NCBI GenBank assembly: GCA_964016885.1
Contig: OZ024747.1
Span: forward strand, 28,830,001-28,894,000
Direction of reading: 5' to 3'
DNA length: 64,000 nt
From: Eledone cirrhosa
Lineage: Eukaryota
The notes under the pieces were generated by a model. It saw nothing but the letters and a program-made list of their open reading frames with translations. It made no database searches and was not told the origin of the DNA. The position numbers and the translations under genes were made by a program. Below are positions 11,791-25,857 of the stretch, one piece after another. Numbering within the stretch: the stretch's first letter is position 1; every line of letters starts with the position of its first letter.

Positions 11791-13915
11791 AGCTTGTTCC
11801 TGTGGGAAGTCGGGTTTTCTGTATTACTGCATGACGCCAGAGGTCAAGATATATATATATATATATACATACATATACATTCGGAGATGGTCTGTAACAA
11901 CAATAATACCTACTTCGCAGGCCATCTCTGAATCAAATGTTTTCTCTGTTTGTGTTTGCTGTAATTCCTTTATTGATTAACTAATTATGCAATACACACT
12001 TATGATGTCGCTAGAACCTTATGTAGCCAGGCCATTGAAATATATATAGTGTTTTGGGAACAATAAAACTTTAAGGGAATTTCACCAGTCTGGCCTCCTG
12101 TTATTTTAATCAAACTAATATTTAACTCTGTTCCTGCACCACCCACAGGATTCAACCTCAACAATGGATGAGTTGCATAACATTGAGTGCTTTTCCTACT
12201 ATTACATCATGATAACTATATAGAATGACCAGTTCTATCCAGTGGTGAACCACTAAATATAAATGTATATATATATATATATATATATACATATAGGTCT
12301 GGATGTCCTGCAACTGCCACCACCAAGGAAAACATTGATCGTGTTCACCACTGAGTGATAGATGACAGGCAATTGACTATAAATCGAATAGCCAATACTA
12401 TTACCATTCTCTGTGACAGAGTTGATAATACTCTGCACAATGAACTTAGCATGATATGTATATATATCAACTTCATCAATAAAATTATAATCAAAACATG
12501 AAAATATATCTCTGAAAAATGTTTGAGGAAAGGTAAGAATTGGACATAGATTGGTGAGAACATTGAGGGCATCATTAACATTACAGCATATCTTGGCAAA
12601 GATTATACTCCCATATGTCCAGAGTCAGTTGGGGCAACCTAAGATGTTTAAGCATGACAGTAACCTAAAGGATACTGATTAAGGAATAACAAAATTCATC
12701 ACCACCATAATCATCATCATCATTTAACATCCATTTTCCCTGTTAGCAAGGGTTGGACAGGTGATCATAGACCAAGTCAGTATCTCTATAGCTAGATGCC
12801 AACTACTTTACAGGTTGCATTGGGTGCTTTTTTTGTAGTACCAGCACTAGAAAGGTTGTTGGTTATTGACTGGGGGACTCGCCCGATCCATTGGGGGAAG
12901 GGGATGGCAACTTCTACCAAGTGTAATGTGATTAGAGGGAAGGATGGAGAAGAGGGATGATAAGTATGATGCTACGGGTGAATGAGGAGGGAGGATGATG
13001 TCATGAGTGTAAAGAGGGTGATGTGAGAGAGAGGTCAAGAGAAAATGTATCATGGGTGTATGACAATTGTAGTGGGATTTGACAAAGTAATGTGATAGAG
13101 GAAAATGGTGTAGGTGATCTTAGATAGAGTTGGAGGTGGTGATGATAAAGGACTGATTGATGTGGTGGGATTTAACAATACTAGTAAGATCATGTGTCTG
13201 AGGAGACTGAAGAGTTCTCTCTACATATTTTTGATTAATATGTATACATATATGTTGTGTATCTCTTGGTGCATAAGCATATTGTATCCTTGAGTGTTGT
13301 AAGAGGCAACTAAAAGTATTGAAACTAGGAAAGGCATTCGGCCATAAAACATTACTTCAAAAACAACCCCATAATGAGTATAAAGATATCACATGGTACC
13401 CACAACGTTGGAGAAATGACTTTAAAACATTTCTGTGAACACACACACGTATGTATAAATATTTGAATATACACAAAGGTGAATTATTAATTAGCTTAGT
13501 CCATTTACAGTCTCCACTTATTGGTGGGAAAATTAACTCCTGTGCATCGGTAAACATAGTCTTCCTCTCATCACCATAGGCCTATATAACCCTTTTGATA
13601 ACAAAGTACCCCCAAAATGACCCTGGTTCTACAATATAAAACTGTGCATTTTAAAGAGTTGATATTTATCTAAAAACCTTTGATCATAGTTTTATTTACG
13701 AACCTTTGTTAACTTATGCTCCAAATACCAGCTTAATAACAAGAAAGTTATTTTATAAAATTTCTTGAAATTTTTTATTATTCTCATAATAATTCCAAAA
13801 TTATAGGAAGTGTGTTTCATTAGAAATATGGCAATGAAAGGGTTAATTTATTACAATGGTTCCTCTGTGTAGAGGAAACAGGTGAAAGTCCAAAGAAGGA
13901 ATGTCAGGGTTAGAT

Positions 13916-14119
13916 GACTTTCGTCAAATCGAACCGAGGGAACAATGTTTCCGTTGGTCTTTCCAATTGCTAATACTATCTATCGGTCGCAACTCCAGGT
14001 AGAAGGAGCAACGTGAAATAAAGTGTCTTGCTCAAAGACATAACGCATCGCCTGGTCCAGGAATCGAACTCAACCTTACGATTGCGAATCCAATTCTCTA
14101 ACCACTCAGCCACACGCCT
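13916..14119 (-). mobile_element. tRNA-derived SINE family B; near-identical partial copy at 25421-25574
   Basis: Minus strand has A box TGGCTGAGTGG and B box GTTCGATTCC, then tgcgttatgtctttgagcaagacactttatttcacg. Confidence 0.8.
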
Positions 14120-14235
14120 TCACTAGGGTTAGATGAAGGATACGCTAATACTTGATATTTCAGTTTTAGAAGGATTTTAACAGTATGAGGATAGACATTA
14201 TCACAACACAGTGACTTTGGAATTACAGGCCTTAG

Positions 14236-14440
14236 CTTGCCATGTAGTATCTCACCACTGTAATTTGCCATGTAGTATCTCATCACCTTAGGTTGTCATG
14301 TGTCTCACCACCTTACCTTGCCATGTAATATCTCACTACTGTAGCATGCCATGCAATATCTCACCACCTTAGCTTGCCATGTAGTATCTCACCACCTTAA
14401 CTTGCCATGTAATATCTTACTATCTTAGCTTGCCATGCAG
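14236..14440. repeat. About 28-bp minisatellite (ttgccatgtagtatctcaccaccttagc) inside a decayed mariner-like fragment
   Basis: About 7 tandem units. Confidence 0.8.
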
Positions 14441-14699
14441 CACCCTGCTATGATAAACACTGGTAGTTTATATTGAAACCTTCTCCTAATAATTGGTCCT
14501 TGTGAATTCCACCAAAACTGTCAGCATCACATTTTCTATTGTTGGTGGAGTTTTTAATTTTTTCCTGGTAGTCAATCATGGATGTTTCCATTCCTACTAA
14601 GGCATTTACTATCCTCTCTGAAGTGACCAAATAAACTTTATACTCACCAGGAAATATGGTTGTGAATACTAAGTCTTTCCATAGTGAAGAATGCATCAG

Positions 14700-16190
14700 C
14701 ATAAACTAGTGATTAGTGAATTCAGAGGAAGAGCTAAATGAACCAAAAGACACAAGGCAGAATCGAGAAGGAAGGAGTGGAAGCTGAAAGCAACCTTGAC
14801 TAGTTGTAGGTTTGGACAAGAAATAGTTAGAGAACAAATGGGAGGTTCTACAAGATAACCTACAGAGGTCTACATGTAGCTGATGCAAGGTTCCAGCCAG
14901 ATGGAAGATGACATAGAGAAATAGTATGGTAGAATGTGCTATAAAGGTTAACAGACAGGCTTGGAAACACTGAAAGAAAAAGGACAGTAGAGAGTAATAT
15001 CAAAGAAGCTAGATGCTTTGCATACTTAGCAAAGAGGGAAGCTAAAAGTAAAAGATTTATATATGTTCTGCAAGATGTCTTGGAAGAGAAGTATGGAATG
15101 AGAGCAGTGCATTTTCCCTCACAGAGGTTAAATAGAAAGAGGCATGGAAGTGCTATTAGAAGAGATTATTGAATGAAAAAAATGCATGCAAGAGAGCAGA
15201 CCAAACAGAAGGACCAACTATCGAAGTTGATAAAGCAAGTAAGGGTATGAAGGCCGTTGGACTATCAGGTATAGTTGCTGAGATACTGAAAATATCTGGC
15301 ATATCACACATATAATCAATCAGATTGTACAAGATAGTGTCATACGTAACAACTAGTGTAGCAACATTATCATTGTACAGGATGGTATCATACCAAATGA
15401 CTGGTATAGCAACATTATTATCAACTGCTACAATGGCAGAAGAAACTATGGAAGCATTGAATTAATGGACCATAATATAAAAGTTACGGAAAGAGTTATA
15501 GCCCAACTGATTGGGAAAAGAATTAGTCTAGATGAAATGGAGCTCAGCTTTGTGTCAGAAAGAGGTACTACTGATGCCCTCTTCCTCATGAGACAACTGT
15601 AGAAGTACTTAGCTAGGTGTAACTCTCTCTACCTAGCATTTATTGACCTGGAGAAGGCTTTGACAGGGTGTACACTTTGAAATCTGGAGGTTGCTAAGTA
15701 GATGAATGGTTTGTGAGGTGCAGTAAACAAGCTGAAAGTTAACAGAGTACAGTGACAAATTTAGCACACAAGAGATCAGTCCTCAAGGCAATATCAGAGG
15801 AGTTTAAGGCCAGCTGTCTGTGGGTAGTCCAAAATAATGATGAGCAATATTTTATAGTTGAATTTGTAGCATTTGGGGGTGGGGGAAGAAATTCCAGATA
15901 TGGAAATAAAACCTGGAATCAAAAGGCCTCAAAATAAACTTAGCAAAGACCAAAGTTTTAGTAAGCATGAAAGAAAACAAGAAATAGCTAATATCAGGAA
16001 ATAATTATGCTTCATATGGAGCACTAAGTGTAAACTGTGGGTGCACAAGGGGTGTAATAGGGTCACACACAGGCTATGGTTCAGAGAGTTACTACCTCTG
16101 ATGGTAATGAAATGTTTTTCTCTCAGAGTAAAGGACAGATTGTATGATGTTTGCTTACAAACTGTGATGTTGCATGGTAGTGAGATATCT
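14700..16190 (+). mobile_element. Heavily decayed RTE LINE
   Basis: Collinear similarity to 1-1530 (tagatgaaatgg..tttgtgtcaga, gacctggagaaggctttgacagg, LYDVCLQTVMLHGSE). Confidence 0.8.
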
Positions 16191-17199
16191 TCAATGTATT
16201 CCCCCCACACACTTATTCAATTTTGCTGATCTATCTCCAGCAAAATGTTATTGATACAGCAGCTGGAGAATCTAATAATTTTATTTTACATTAAAAAACA
16301 TTATATATAACAAAAAAAGAACATTACAAGAAATCCCATATTTATGAATGTACACTATACAATTACTGATCTCCCCCACCCCACCCCCCTGCTTATAAGA
16401 ATTTAAGCAAATGTCAAACTGAACCACCACTCCCAACTTATTCAGCCCTATTATTTGGGACCCAAGAGTAGAGAACTTGTAAAAAATAGAAAGAAACAAA
16501 GCGAGCATGTTCTGGTGAAAGAAAAACTAGGTATAAGATGATTGAGATGTAGTAAACAAGAGTAAAACTGTGCTGGTACAGATATGTGATGCATATGGTG
16601 AATCACAGATGTATAAAAAAAACAGTGCAGGGTATTTAAAGTGGATGAAACTTGTGGAAGACAGAGTAAAATGGTGAGGAGTGATCTCAGAATGCCAAAC
16701 TTCATGAAAATTGCAAAGGATTACAATGACTGGCAACATGTAGAGCTGGAGAAAACTGGCTTGCCAGTGCAAGCATGGCTAAACATGTTAAAGTGGTGGT
16801 GATAAAAGAGGATGGGAGCTATATTACCTAGTCACAAGTCAAATATATCTGTTGTCCCCACCTTTGATACCCTTTTATTCTCATCTCTATATCACTCATG
16901 CTTTCTTTACTGTCCTGAATCATCTGTTTCCCTTGCTGGCATTAGTTGGCTGGGTCATCACAATCTAAAACTAATCTGGTTGGAGAATCTTGTCATTCAC
17001 ATGTTCCATATTTGACTTGGTTTGTATGATTGGCTGCCTTTCCTAATGCCAACCACTTTTTTGAATAGACACATGGTATCCCAATGTACCTTAAGAAGTG
17101 AATAGAAGAGTTCATATAAAGGGCATCCAGCTATAAAACATTGCCTAAAAAAAGGTTCTGTTCAAACGATGAAAGTATGAAAAAGTGAACATTAGGGCA

Positions 17200-18015
17200 A
17201 CAATTATGTTTATCATCAACACCTTAATTATCTCCTCTACCTTACTATTCAACCACAAAGTCACTCTCCATCTCCCTAGAGACCCACTCCAACCACAAAT
17301 TTCATCTGTTGCCTTCAGTCGGTTATCTTTTATATGGTATGTCTCTATTTGCTCTTCCTTACTGTCAAAAGCATCAATCAACATACTTCTAAATTTGTTA
17401 TTGGTTGATGGGTCTTTTAACTTTCATACTCTTCTCTTCCAGGTTGTTGCTGGGCTCTTCTAGACCTGATTATAAGGTTACTAACTACTAAGTTATGTTG
17501 GGAGGTGCTTTGTGTTCACAACAGTCACTCTGTTTCATCTTCTGGTCAGAATGAAATCTATCTTGCTGGCCTGCTCACCTGATCTATAGGTGATTAAGTG
17601 GTTATCTCCTTTTTTAAAGTTTATGTTACAGATAAATAGGTCATTTACATTGCAGGATTCCAACAGCCTAAAACCTTCCTTGTTTCTAGCACCAAGCCTG
17701 TAACACTTGTGGATCTCGTCAAAGCCCTCACAGTGTTGCCCAACATGCTCGTTAAAGTCACCTGCAATGACTATGAGGTCACTATTGTTTATTTGGAAGT
17801 ACTGTGCATTAGGAACTCTTTTAGTACATCTGGCAGTCTAGATTGAGGTGCATATGTAGATATAATTGTCATGGCTATTCTATTTAATAAAAGTCTAAGT
17901 TTAATTATTCTGCCATTTACTCTATTGGCAGCAATTACTTTGTCTATCCATTTTTCTGCTACTCAAATCCCTACTCCACTCAGCCAATCATTTCCCACCC
18001 AGAAAAAAATTGTAG
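17200..18015 (-). mobile_element. Decayed RTE AP-endonuclease region
   Basis: Minus strand gives fragments like AGDFNEHVG, LITYRSG and IDFILTR. Confidence 0.65.
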
Positions 18016-19397
18016 CATCATTTATATTATATATATATATACACACAAACTGTCATACACACACAATGTGTGTGCATGAGACCACAGGTAGTATGAGAAA
18101 ATGAAGATATTAAACTGTAGATAATATGAAAGAATCATCTCTGAAAAAAACTATCAAGAACACCTACTACTACTAACCCTAATAATATTACTACTACCAC
18201 CACCATGGTTAATACTTCCACCTCCACTACTACTCCTATCTTTACTACTACCACCAACTACAACAACCATCATTACAACCATAGAAGAATGAAAGAAGCA
18301 TAGGATAATGTAGTACTAGATACAAAATGCATGAAAGAAATGAGATGGTCATGATTGGAATGTCTTTGATCGTGATTTGCCTAGAATTAAACAACTACAA
18401 TAAGTGTAGTAGTAGTAGTAAAAATGTTTATGAAAATATAGTAAAAATACAATAATATAGAAATTATTTCCTAATTATTACATATACAACTGTTTTCAGA
18501 CTTAAAACAAGAGAAAAAAAATTAAATAATGAAGGGAAATGGAGCGGCAGACTACACCCTTGGCTAGACGGTATATTAGCTGCACCTTATGGACAAGATG
18601 GCGAAAGCTTTGCCATAAAGAACAGCTAGTGATATTCATTGCATCAACTATTTCACTTCATGGGGTTCCTTCCTCAAACAGGATGCACTCTGATTTTGAG
18701 GAAGAAAACAGCAGTCCAAGGGACAAGGACACTGGAGGTCTTGACAGTGACCAGCACAAAAAAGAAGCAGAGGGCTTTCATATATATATATAATTTTAAA
18801 ATTTACACATACACACAATGTAAGTTCACTTTCTAATCACAAGGTCATGGGTTCTAACCCTGTTTGCCCTCTTTGTAAATAGTTATTTCTCCAAAGCTAC
18901 TCATGCATTTATTCCTCTTACATATATGCTGAACATTTATGTAATTATATCATAGATTTAAATATAATTAATATGTTTAATCACTTCCATGTGCCAGAAA
19001 TCAACAGAAACTATAGAACTCCTTTTAAGCAAACCATTAATTTATCAAAATGCAAATCTTCCAGTGTGTATGATTGTTCATATATACAGTAATCCTGGTA
19101 TATATGGCACACTAATCCTGTACTTCAAAATAAATATGTTCAATACTATTGTCATTATTGACAGCATGTGTCCACTAATACCATAGTATTAATTAGCAGT
19201 AGCACTAACATTGTGTGGTTTATAATAGTCTAGAAAAATTCAGAAACAACTGTCTAGCGTTCTCACCAGCTACTGAGACAGATGTGACATGATCACAGCT
19301 TAAATTCATAGCAAGACTCTTGTATGTTTATTATACATAAACATACCGTATATGCTTTCATATACACCCATATCAATATTGTATTCTTATATTACCC

Positions 19398-19586
19398 GGT
19401 GGATTGGCAGTATTGGTTGAGTCGGACACCATGCTTTGCAGCATAGAGTTACGGTCCTTTATGGTCTGAGTTCAAATCCCGTCGAGGTTAACTTTGCTTT
19501 TCATCATTACGGGGGTCGATAAAATAAAGTACCAGTAATGCACTGGGTAATTGCTGGCCTTGTGCCAAAAGTAGAAACAATTATTA
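19398..19586 (+). mobile_element. tRNA-derived SINE family A, full length; partial copies follow at 19628-19820
   Basis: A box tggcagtattgg, B box gagttcaaatccc, central tcatc..cggggtcgataaaataaagtacc, (ATT) tail. Confidence 0.85.
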
Positions 19587-19819
19587 TATTACCATAACAA
19601 AAAGTACATTATACAGTAAGTATAATTACTTTTCATCGTTTTGGTATTGATAAATAAAGTACCAGTTAAGTACCGGAGTCGATATATTTGACTTTCCCTC
19701 CCGACAAATTGCTGGCCTTGTGCCTAAATTCGAAATTATTATTATACCAGCCATGTACTGCGGTTGATATAATTGACTGTCTCCTTACAAATTTCTGGCC
19801 TTATCCAAAATTAGAAACC

Positions 19820-20660
19820 TGATCATCAAGCAGGCCCTAACTCGGGTAAATATCTCCTTAGTTCTGGAGCTGACTGGATTATCAAGAATTGATGAGAAGA
19901 AACCAGATGGTCTTACCCTTTGTCCTTGGGTAAGAGACAGATGTCTCATCTGGGACGCCACAGTCAATGACTCTTTTGCTCCCTCCAACATCCTGGATGC
20001 TGTGGTAAATGTGAGGGTCACTGCTTTCGTAGCTGAATGGAATAAAATTCTTAAATACTGGGACTTATTGGTAAGTTATTTTTTCCAGCCTGTGACATTC
20101 AAGACGCTTGGGAGAACTGGGCCGCTGGCAGTGAGGTTTTAGTCCTCCTTAGAGGCTTGCCTAACTAAGATCATCATCATCATCATCATCATCGTTTAAC
20201 GTCCATCTTCCACGCTTGCATGGGTTTGGAAATGTCAGGTGATTCTTGTGAAGGTGCTTAGTTGCTTCCTCACCTTAGCCTCGCCATCACCCGCGGTAAT
20301 GCTGTGAGGGTGTTGGCTTGCCTCAAAAAGTATTAAAGGAAGGTCCCAATGCCCCATGTGGTGTGTGACTGATTGACACACTTAGTGATGACTTGATGGA
20401 GCTTTTTTCGCTTTCATTGTATATTTTTGTACATTATATTTATAAGGTTCCATGAATTCTATTTTTGTTTGAAACACCATGATTATATATTTTCTTTCGT
20501 TTTGAATTTATATTTTAATGTGGAATATTAAGTATTGTATATATTATTTATGTATATTTTCATTCTGTAAGAATTATAAACAATTTGTAATGTTATTTAT
20601 ACAACTGTGAATAAAATATTAAAATATAAACTTGTTTTCCAGGCAATATATTGATTGTAA
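19820..20660 (+). mobile_element. CRE-clade-like non-LTR 3' end (restriction-like endonuclease) with AT-rich 3' UTR; related piece at 33560-33770
   Basis: Translates to KPDGLTLCPW..LIWDATV, FFQPVTFKTLG and LSLAITRGNAVRVLACL. Confidence 0.7.
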
Positions 20661-20926
20661 TATGTCCTGGCAAATAAAACAAATCTATTATGATTATTGG
20701 TTAATTTATAGAAAAGTACCCGCTGGTGTTCGCTAAGAATTTTTTTTTTTTTTTTCGTGTTTTCAACTCCGACATGTTCGGATGTTCGGGAGAGAAGGAC
20801 CCTCAGATTATTCTTCGATGGTAATTTTTTTTTTTCTTTTCTAGGTTTGTTTTTGTTTCTTTTCAACCGATCTGACATCACTCGCAAATAACTTCTTTTT
20901 CCGAAAACGGTGGCGAAGGGGACCTA

Positions 20927-21140
20927 GGACTTACAGATAAGCACCTCTCAGCCGTTTAAATATATAGAAAAGCACCCACTGGAGATGGCTAAAAAATGTT
21001 TCCTATGTTTTTTCGCGTTTTCAACTAATCTGGCCTCCGACATGCTCGCAATCGAATTTTGTTTTTTTCGAAAGTGGTGGGAGGGGATTTTTTTTTTTTA
21101 TATATATTTAAACAACTGAAAGGTGCTTATCTGTAACTCC
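20927..21140. mobile_element. MITE-like element with about 40-bp imperfect terminal inverted repeats
   Basis: GGACTTACAGATAAGCACCTCTCAGCCGTTTAAATATATA versus TATATATTTAAACAACTGAAAGGTGCTTATCTGTAACTCC. Confidence 0.65.
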
Positions 21141-21458
21141 GCCCCTCCCCGTGAGTCGGATGTTTCGCTTATAATGATGACTGCTCTTTGTTAACAGCAG
21201 ATAAGACGAAGTTGGGTTTTTCCGATGTGTTAAATACTGTTGAAATATGTTTTATTACGTGGTTGGTTACCGTGAAATACCGAAGAGAAGAAATTTAGGG
21301 AACAACTGTGTGCGCGCATGATTCTTTTGTTAACCGAGGATATAACATTAAATTAAACAGTTGCACACACAGAAACAGCTTTTGTGGGACGGACACACAC
21401 ACACACACACACATAGAAAGTATGTGGAACACACACACACACATACATATATATATAT

Positions 21459-21493
<35 letters not shown>

Positions 21494-23384
21494 CACACAC
21501 ATACACATAAGAGAAAGAGGGGGAAAATGTGTTATTTGTTGAACATGTGTATAGAGGAAGTGGAAGAAACTTTAGTCTTCCTACTACAACAACAACTACT
21601 ATTATTCAGTCTCCTATAAATATACTAGTACTTGTTTTTATATTATACCGTATATTCAATATATAATCGTGGTCCTTTACCAAAGTTGACAGCTCCATTG
21701 TGGGGATGACGAAGCAATCATTGTGCCGTACATGTCGTGGCCAAACTAGTGTGTGTGTGTGTGTGGTTTCACTGTGGTGATGACGGTGAAATGCACTGTG
21801 CCATACCAAATATTTTGTGGTCCTTCTCCCTAGTTGACAGTTTCATTTTGGAGATGAGGATAAGTCTCCTGTTTATTGTTAAACTGTTCATACTTACCCT
21901 ATCTTCATACATTTTTATTTTTATATATTCTTACAGATTGTGGAGACTATCAAGGAACGTTATGGCGCTGTTTGTTCCAATGTAAAAAATACCACCAAAG
22001 AGGACATCTTGAAACTGGAATTTAAAAAACTACTAAGACTGGAAGTGCAATATATCATCCAGGATCTACCAACTATAAATAAGATCTTCCTATATATGAG
22101 GCCAAGAAAAGATTCAACAGGAATATTTAACTGCTCTTTAGCTAGCTGTCCTTGTTTTTCGCCTTTTTTCTTTCTCGTTTTGGCTTCCTAATTGCAAGGA
22201 GTATGATATACGTTTTCCAGTCTGTTATAACTTACCAGTTCTACAAAGACATTTAAAGTGAATAAATAAATACGATAGATATTCATTCGTGTAGCTCCTG
22301 TGCATTGACACGTTCCTATATCGTTCTTCAAATGGAAAAACCTCAACATTTAATTTGCTTTCTCATTATCCCTCCCTCTCTCTCTCTCATCTCTTCTAAC
22401 AATATGAAATATTAGTTGGAATTAATGTTATGTTATTGTTGATATTTAGCCCTAGATTAGCAGCAGTGGTCATGAAGAACTGTAATCCCAAAACAGTGTA
22501 TCTAACTACTGTAGACAGTAGGGTGTGATTTGATGGAAACTTGTCTACTATTTCTAACCTCTTCGTTAACCCGAAATAGCATTAATAGTTGACCCTTGTG
22601 ATGTGCGGCCGATTGTCGCAATTGATGGTCGTTTTCGTTTTTCTTCCCCCTTTGTTTTTATTCTTTCTCTCGCTCTGGTCATATATTTTGGTGCGTTGTT
22701 TTTGTGAAGTTCTTAGCAATAGTTAATTGTATTTGTTGTGTTTATCAACGACAGTATGTTTGTAATGTCATTTATACAACTGTGAATAAAAATTGTATAT
22801 ATAATATTAATAGTGGTGCTAGGGGGTTACAAAACTCGGACACTCGTTGATTTATCCATTCCAGTATTTGATTTTGTTATTTTATTGATCCCATAAAGAT
22901 GAAAAACAATCTATTGCAGCGGGATTTGAACTCAGAATATAAAGATACGTAACCAAACATCGTAACTTCGTCCACCACAAAGATTAAAAAGGAAACAAAA
23001 CTGAATAAACCATAAATATTGTAGATTATGTTGAATATTATCTTATGTTTATAATGTTGGCCTCAATATGCTAAACACCATTGAAGTTGGTAATGGGACA
23101 ACATAAAAACAAATTTATGTATTTGCAACTTCCATAGCTGTTTGTATAAACAATGCAAAGATAATACAAAAGAAAAAAATACAGAAATATTGCCGCTTCT
23201 TCCTTATTAACTCGCATTTCAACTTGAAACGAAAGTTAACCCCAAACACAAAGTCTAAACCGAAAACACTAACCCCCGGCTCTATCTCTAACCAGAAAAC
23301 TAACTCCTAACACTATAGTTAACTGCAAACAGTAACCCTAACCCATAACACAATCCTTAAACCCAAACACTAAACCTTAATTGA

Positions 23385-23565
23385 TATAATGGTTTCTGAT
23401 TTAGGCAATGAGAGGAAAGTCATTTAAATCGACGCCAGTGTGTGACTGGTACTTTATTTTACAGATGAAAGGCAAAGCAAACGACGGGATTTGAACTCAG
23501 AATGTAAAGAGCCGTAACTCTATGATGCGAAGCATGTTGTCCGACGCTATACCGATATTGCCAGT
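23385..23565 (-). mobile_element. SINE family A, diverged; other old copies at about 22845-22980, 41985-42125, 43358-43503 and 52680-52820
   Basis: ctggtactttatttt..gatgaaaggcaaag..gggatttgaactcag. Confidence 0.7.
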
Positions 23566-24180
23566 TTCAATGCAATCTAACTAATTTTACTCAGTATGTG
23601 AAAACTAATGATAAGAACAAAGATGTAAAAACACTTTTTCGTAGATAAACACAAATACATTATTTTATAACTAAACTATTATTAGTCAAACACGGAATCC
23701 GAGTAAGCAGTTACTTATCAAGTTTTACTTACCTATATTTTTATGTACATGAACGATTTTGTGTTGTAATTAATAATTACGATTAGTTTATGTTTTTATT
23801 TTAAAATATAAACTACAATCTTTATTGGCAGAATGAACTTTCCCCATTACACAAAAACATTATATGTATGTTCTATTTAATAATAGCTGAAAGGATCGAT
23901 TTTTAGGTTTTTGTAGACAAATCTTATTGTCTAGAAATAGTAGTAGTTTGAGGTAGTGGATGGATGGATACTAATGATTGACTCTGAAGAAAGCAATGTT
24001 TATTTCATATTTAGTATGACCGAGGAAGAGAAACATGACAAACTGAAAACATAACCTCTCACGCAGTGTGGCAAGCACATATTACCTCAACATGCATACT
24101 TACAATATATATATATATACACACACAATATATATATATATACACACACGGCCGCTGCAGATATATAGAAACCACGTAAT

Positions 24181-24600
24181 ATGACAGCTGCAGCCTGATA
24201 ATGTCCATCGTCTCCAGACGATGCATGGGAGTGTGTTTGGGGCGCATAGTTCTGGAGAATGTGATTATTTTTTTTTTTTTTGTTTAACTTTATTTATAGC
24301 GTGGTGTGTAGGTTGGGCTTAGGTATATGGATGGTATTTGCCTGAGTTCATAGAGAGCTTTGGATTGGAGTCGCTTTGTTATGATAGCGCATTTAACAGT
24401 TTCCCCAAAATGGCTGTCTGAATACCCGTTTTTTTTCCCGTTCTTTCCTCTTCTCGCTCTCTACCTTTCTATTTCATCTTTTATTTCTCATTCTACCTTC
24501 TGATGAAAGACAAGTGTCCGAAACGAAAACCCTCTTTTCCTACTATATCAAGCATTAAACTAATATATATTCTTCATTGTACTGTGTTGTTTCAGTTTAC
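24181..24600 (+). mobile_element. Penelope-like remnant with decayed hammerhead motif (24497-24528)
   Basis: CUGAUGA-AAGACAAGUGUCC-GAAACG; the downstream tail matches 40017-40100 (ccctctt..cct.ctatatcaagc.ttaa.ctaatatat). Confidence 0.55.
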
Positions 24601-24624
24601 TATATGTGTGTGTGTGGGTGTAAA

Positions 24625-24872
24625 GTCTGTCTCAAGCTCGGGAGCTCATTAGGCCGGTGCTTATCCTGGTTTCCTTGGAGTAAAATGACAGAGTACAAGG
24701 CTTCCCCCAAAACAAGACGTCAATCCATCGCAGGGTTAAACCTGATACTCATGTTCAGTTAAGTATTCCGAAGCAATGTGAAATGAAGTGTTTTGCTTCA
24801 GAACACAACATACAAGGCCTAATAACTGAACTATGATCCTAAGTTCAACACCCTAACCACTAGGCCACGCCC
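24625..24872 (-). mobile_element. tRNA-derived SINE related to family B; others at about 35030-35295 (-), 32760-33000 (+) and 49020-49370 (+)
   Basis: gcaatgtgaaatgaagtgttttgct...ccctaaccactaggccacgc. Confidence 0.65.
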
Positions 24873-25232
24873 ATACACACACATTATATATATATATACA
24901 CACACATACAACGTAAACACTTTTTTTTATCAGAAGCTTTCGTTTGAAAGAATGGAGTGTAAACACTTTCCACTATTCCTCTGTACACAGAAAAACATTA
25001 CATATTTCGGAGAGATTGTCTTTTCACCTGAATATAACTATTTATATGATTCTATATAGAGAGGAATATTTAGTATACAGCAATACTATATATGTCAAGC
25101 AGGATGTAAGCTTGAGTGGTCAGTCGATTTTGCACGTCGTGTATTCGTTTGGCAATGTGCTTAATTAATCAAATATTAGATCTGCGGTATATATATATAT
25201 ATAGTTATGTAATAAACAACATAAGGCAATTA

Positions 25233-25292
25233 TTCCATTTACCAGTGGTTTCTTAAAAGCAAAAAATGTTGCTTTCAATCATCAGAATGAAA
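25233..25292 (-). ncRNA. Type I hammerhead ribozyme, apparently intact
   Basis: UUUCAUU-CUGAUGA-UUGAAAGCAA(CAUUUU)UUGCUUUUAA-GAAA-CC(ACU)GG-UA^AAUGGAA. Confidence 0.85.
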
Positions 25293-25355
25293 AAATCCTG
25301 GTCTATTTATTGATTTTGGATTCTAAAAACAAAAATGCAATCTATATGAAAGTGA

Positions 25356-25423
<68 letters not shown>

Positions 25424-25657
25424 CTTTCGTCAAATCGAACCGAAGAAAGAATGTTTCCGTTGGTCTTTCCAATTAATACTATCTATCGGTCGCAACTCCA
25501 GGTAGAAGGAGCAACGTGAAACAGTGTCTTGCTCAAGGAAATAATCCATCACCCGGTCCAGGAATCGAACTCACAATATATATATATATATATATGTTGA
25601 GATCTAGCTGTCGAAACGGCCGGAGCTCAGCCGTCGGGGCCCTGACGCTTTTCCTAT

Positions 25658-25857
25658 NNNNNNNNNNNNNNNNNNNNNNNNNNNNNNNNNNNNNNNNNNN
25701 NNNNNNNNNNNNNNNNNNNNNNNNNNNNNNNNNNNNNNNNNNNNNNNNNNNNNNNNNNNNNNNNNNNNNNNNNNNNNNNNNNNNNNNNNNNNNNNNNNNN
25801 NNNNNNNNNNNNNNNNNNNNNNNNNNNNNNNNNNNNNNNNNNNNNNNNNNNNNNNNN
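25658..25857. other. Assembly gap (200 N)
   Basis: Run of n. Confidence 1.

Noticed and set aside
21700-21745. ATGACGA...CGTACATGTC hammerhead-like remnant (also the hairpin at 47575-47615)
   Set aside because: Too many core substitutions to support a call.
23949-23967. TGAGGTAGT resembling the let-7 5' end
   Set aside because: Only 9 nt match and no precursor hairpin.
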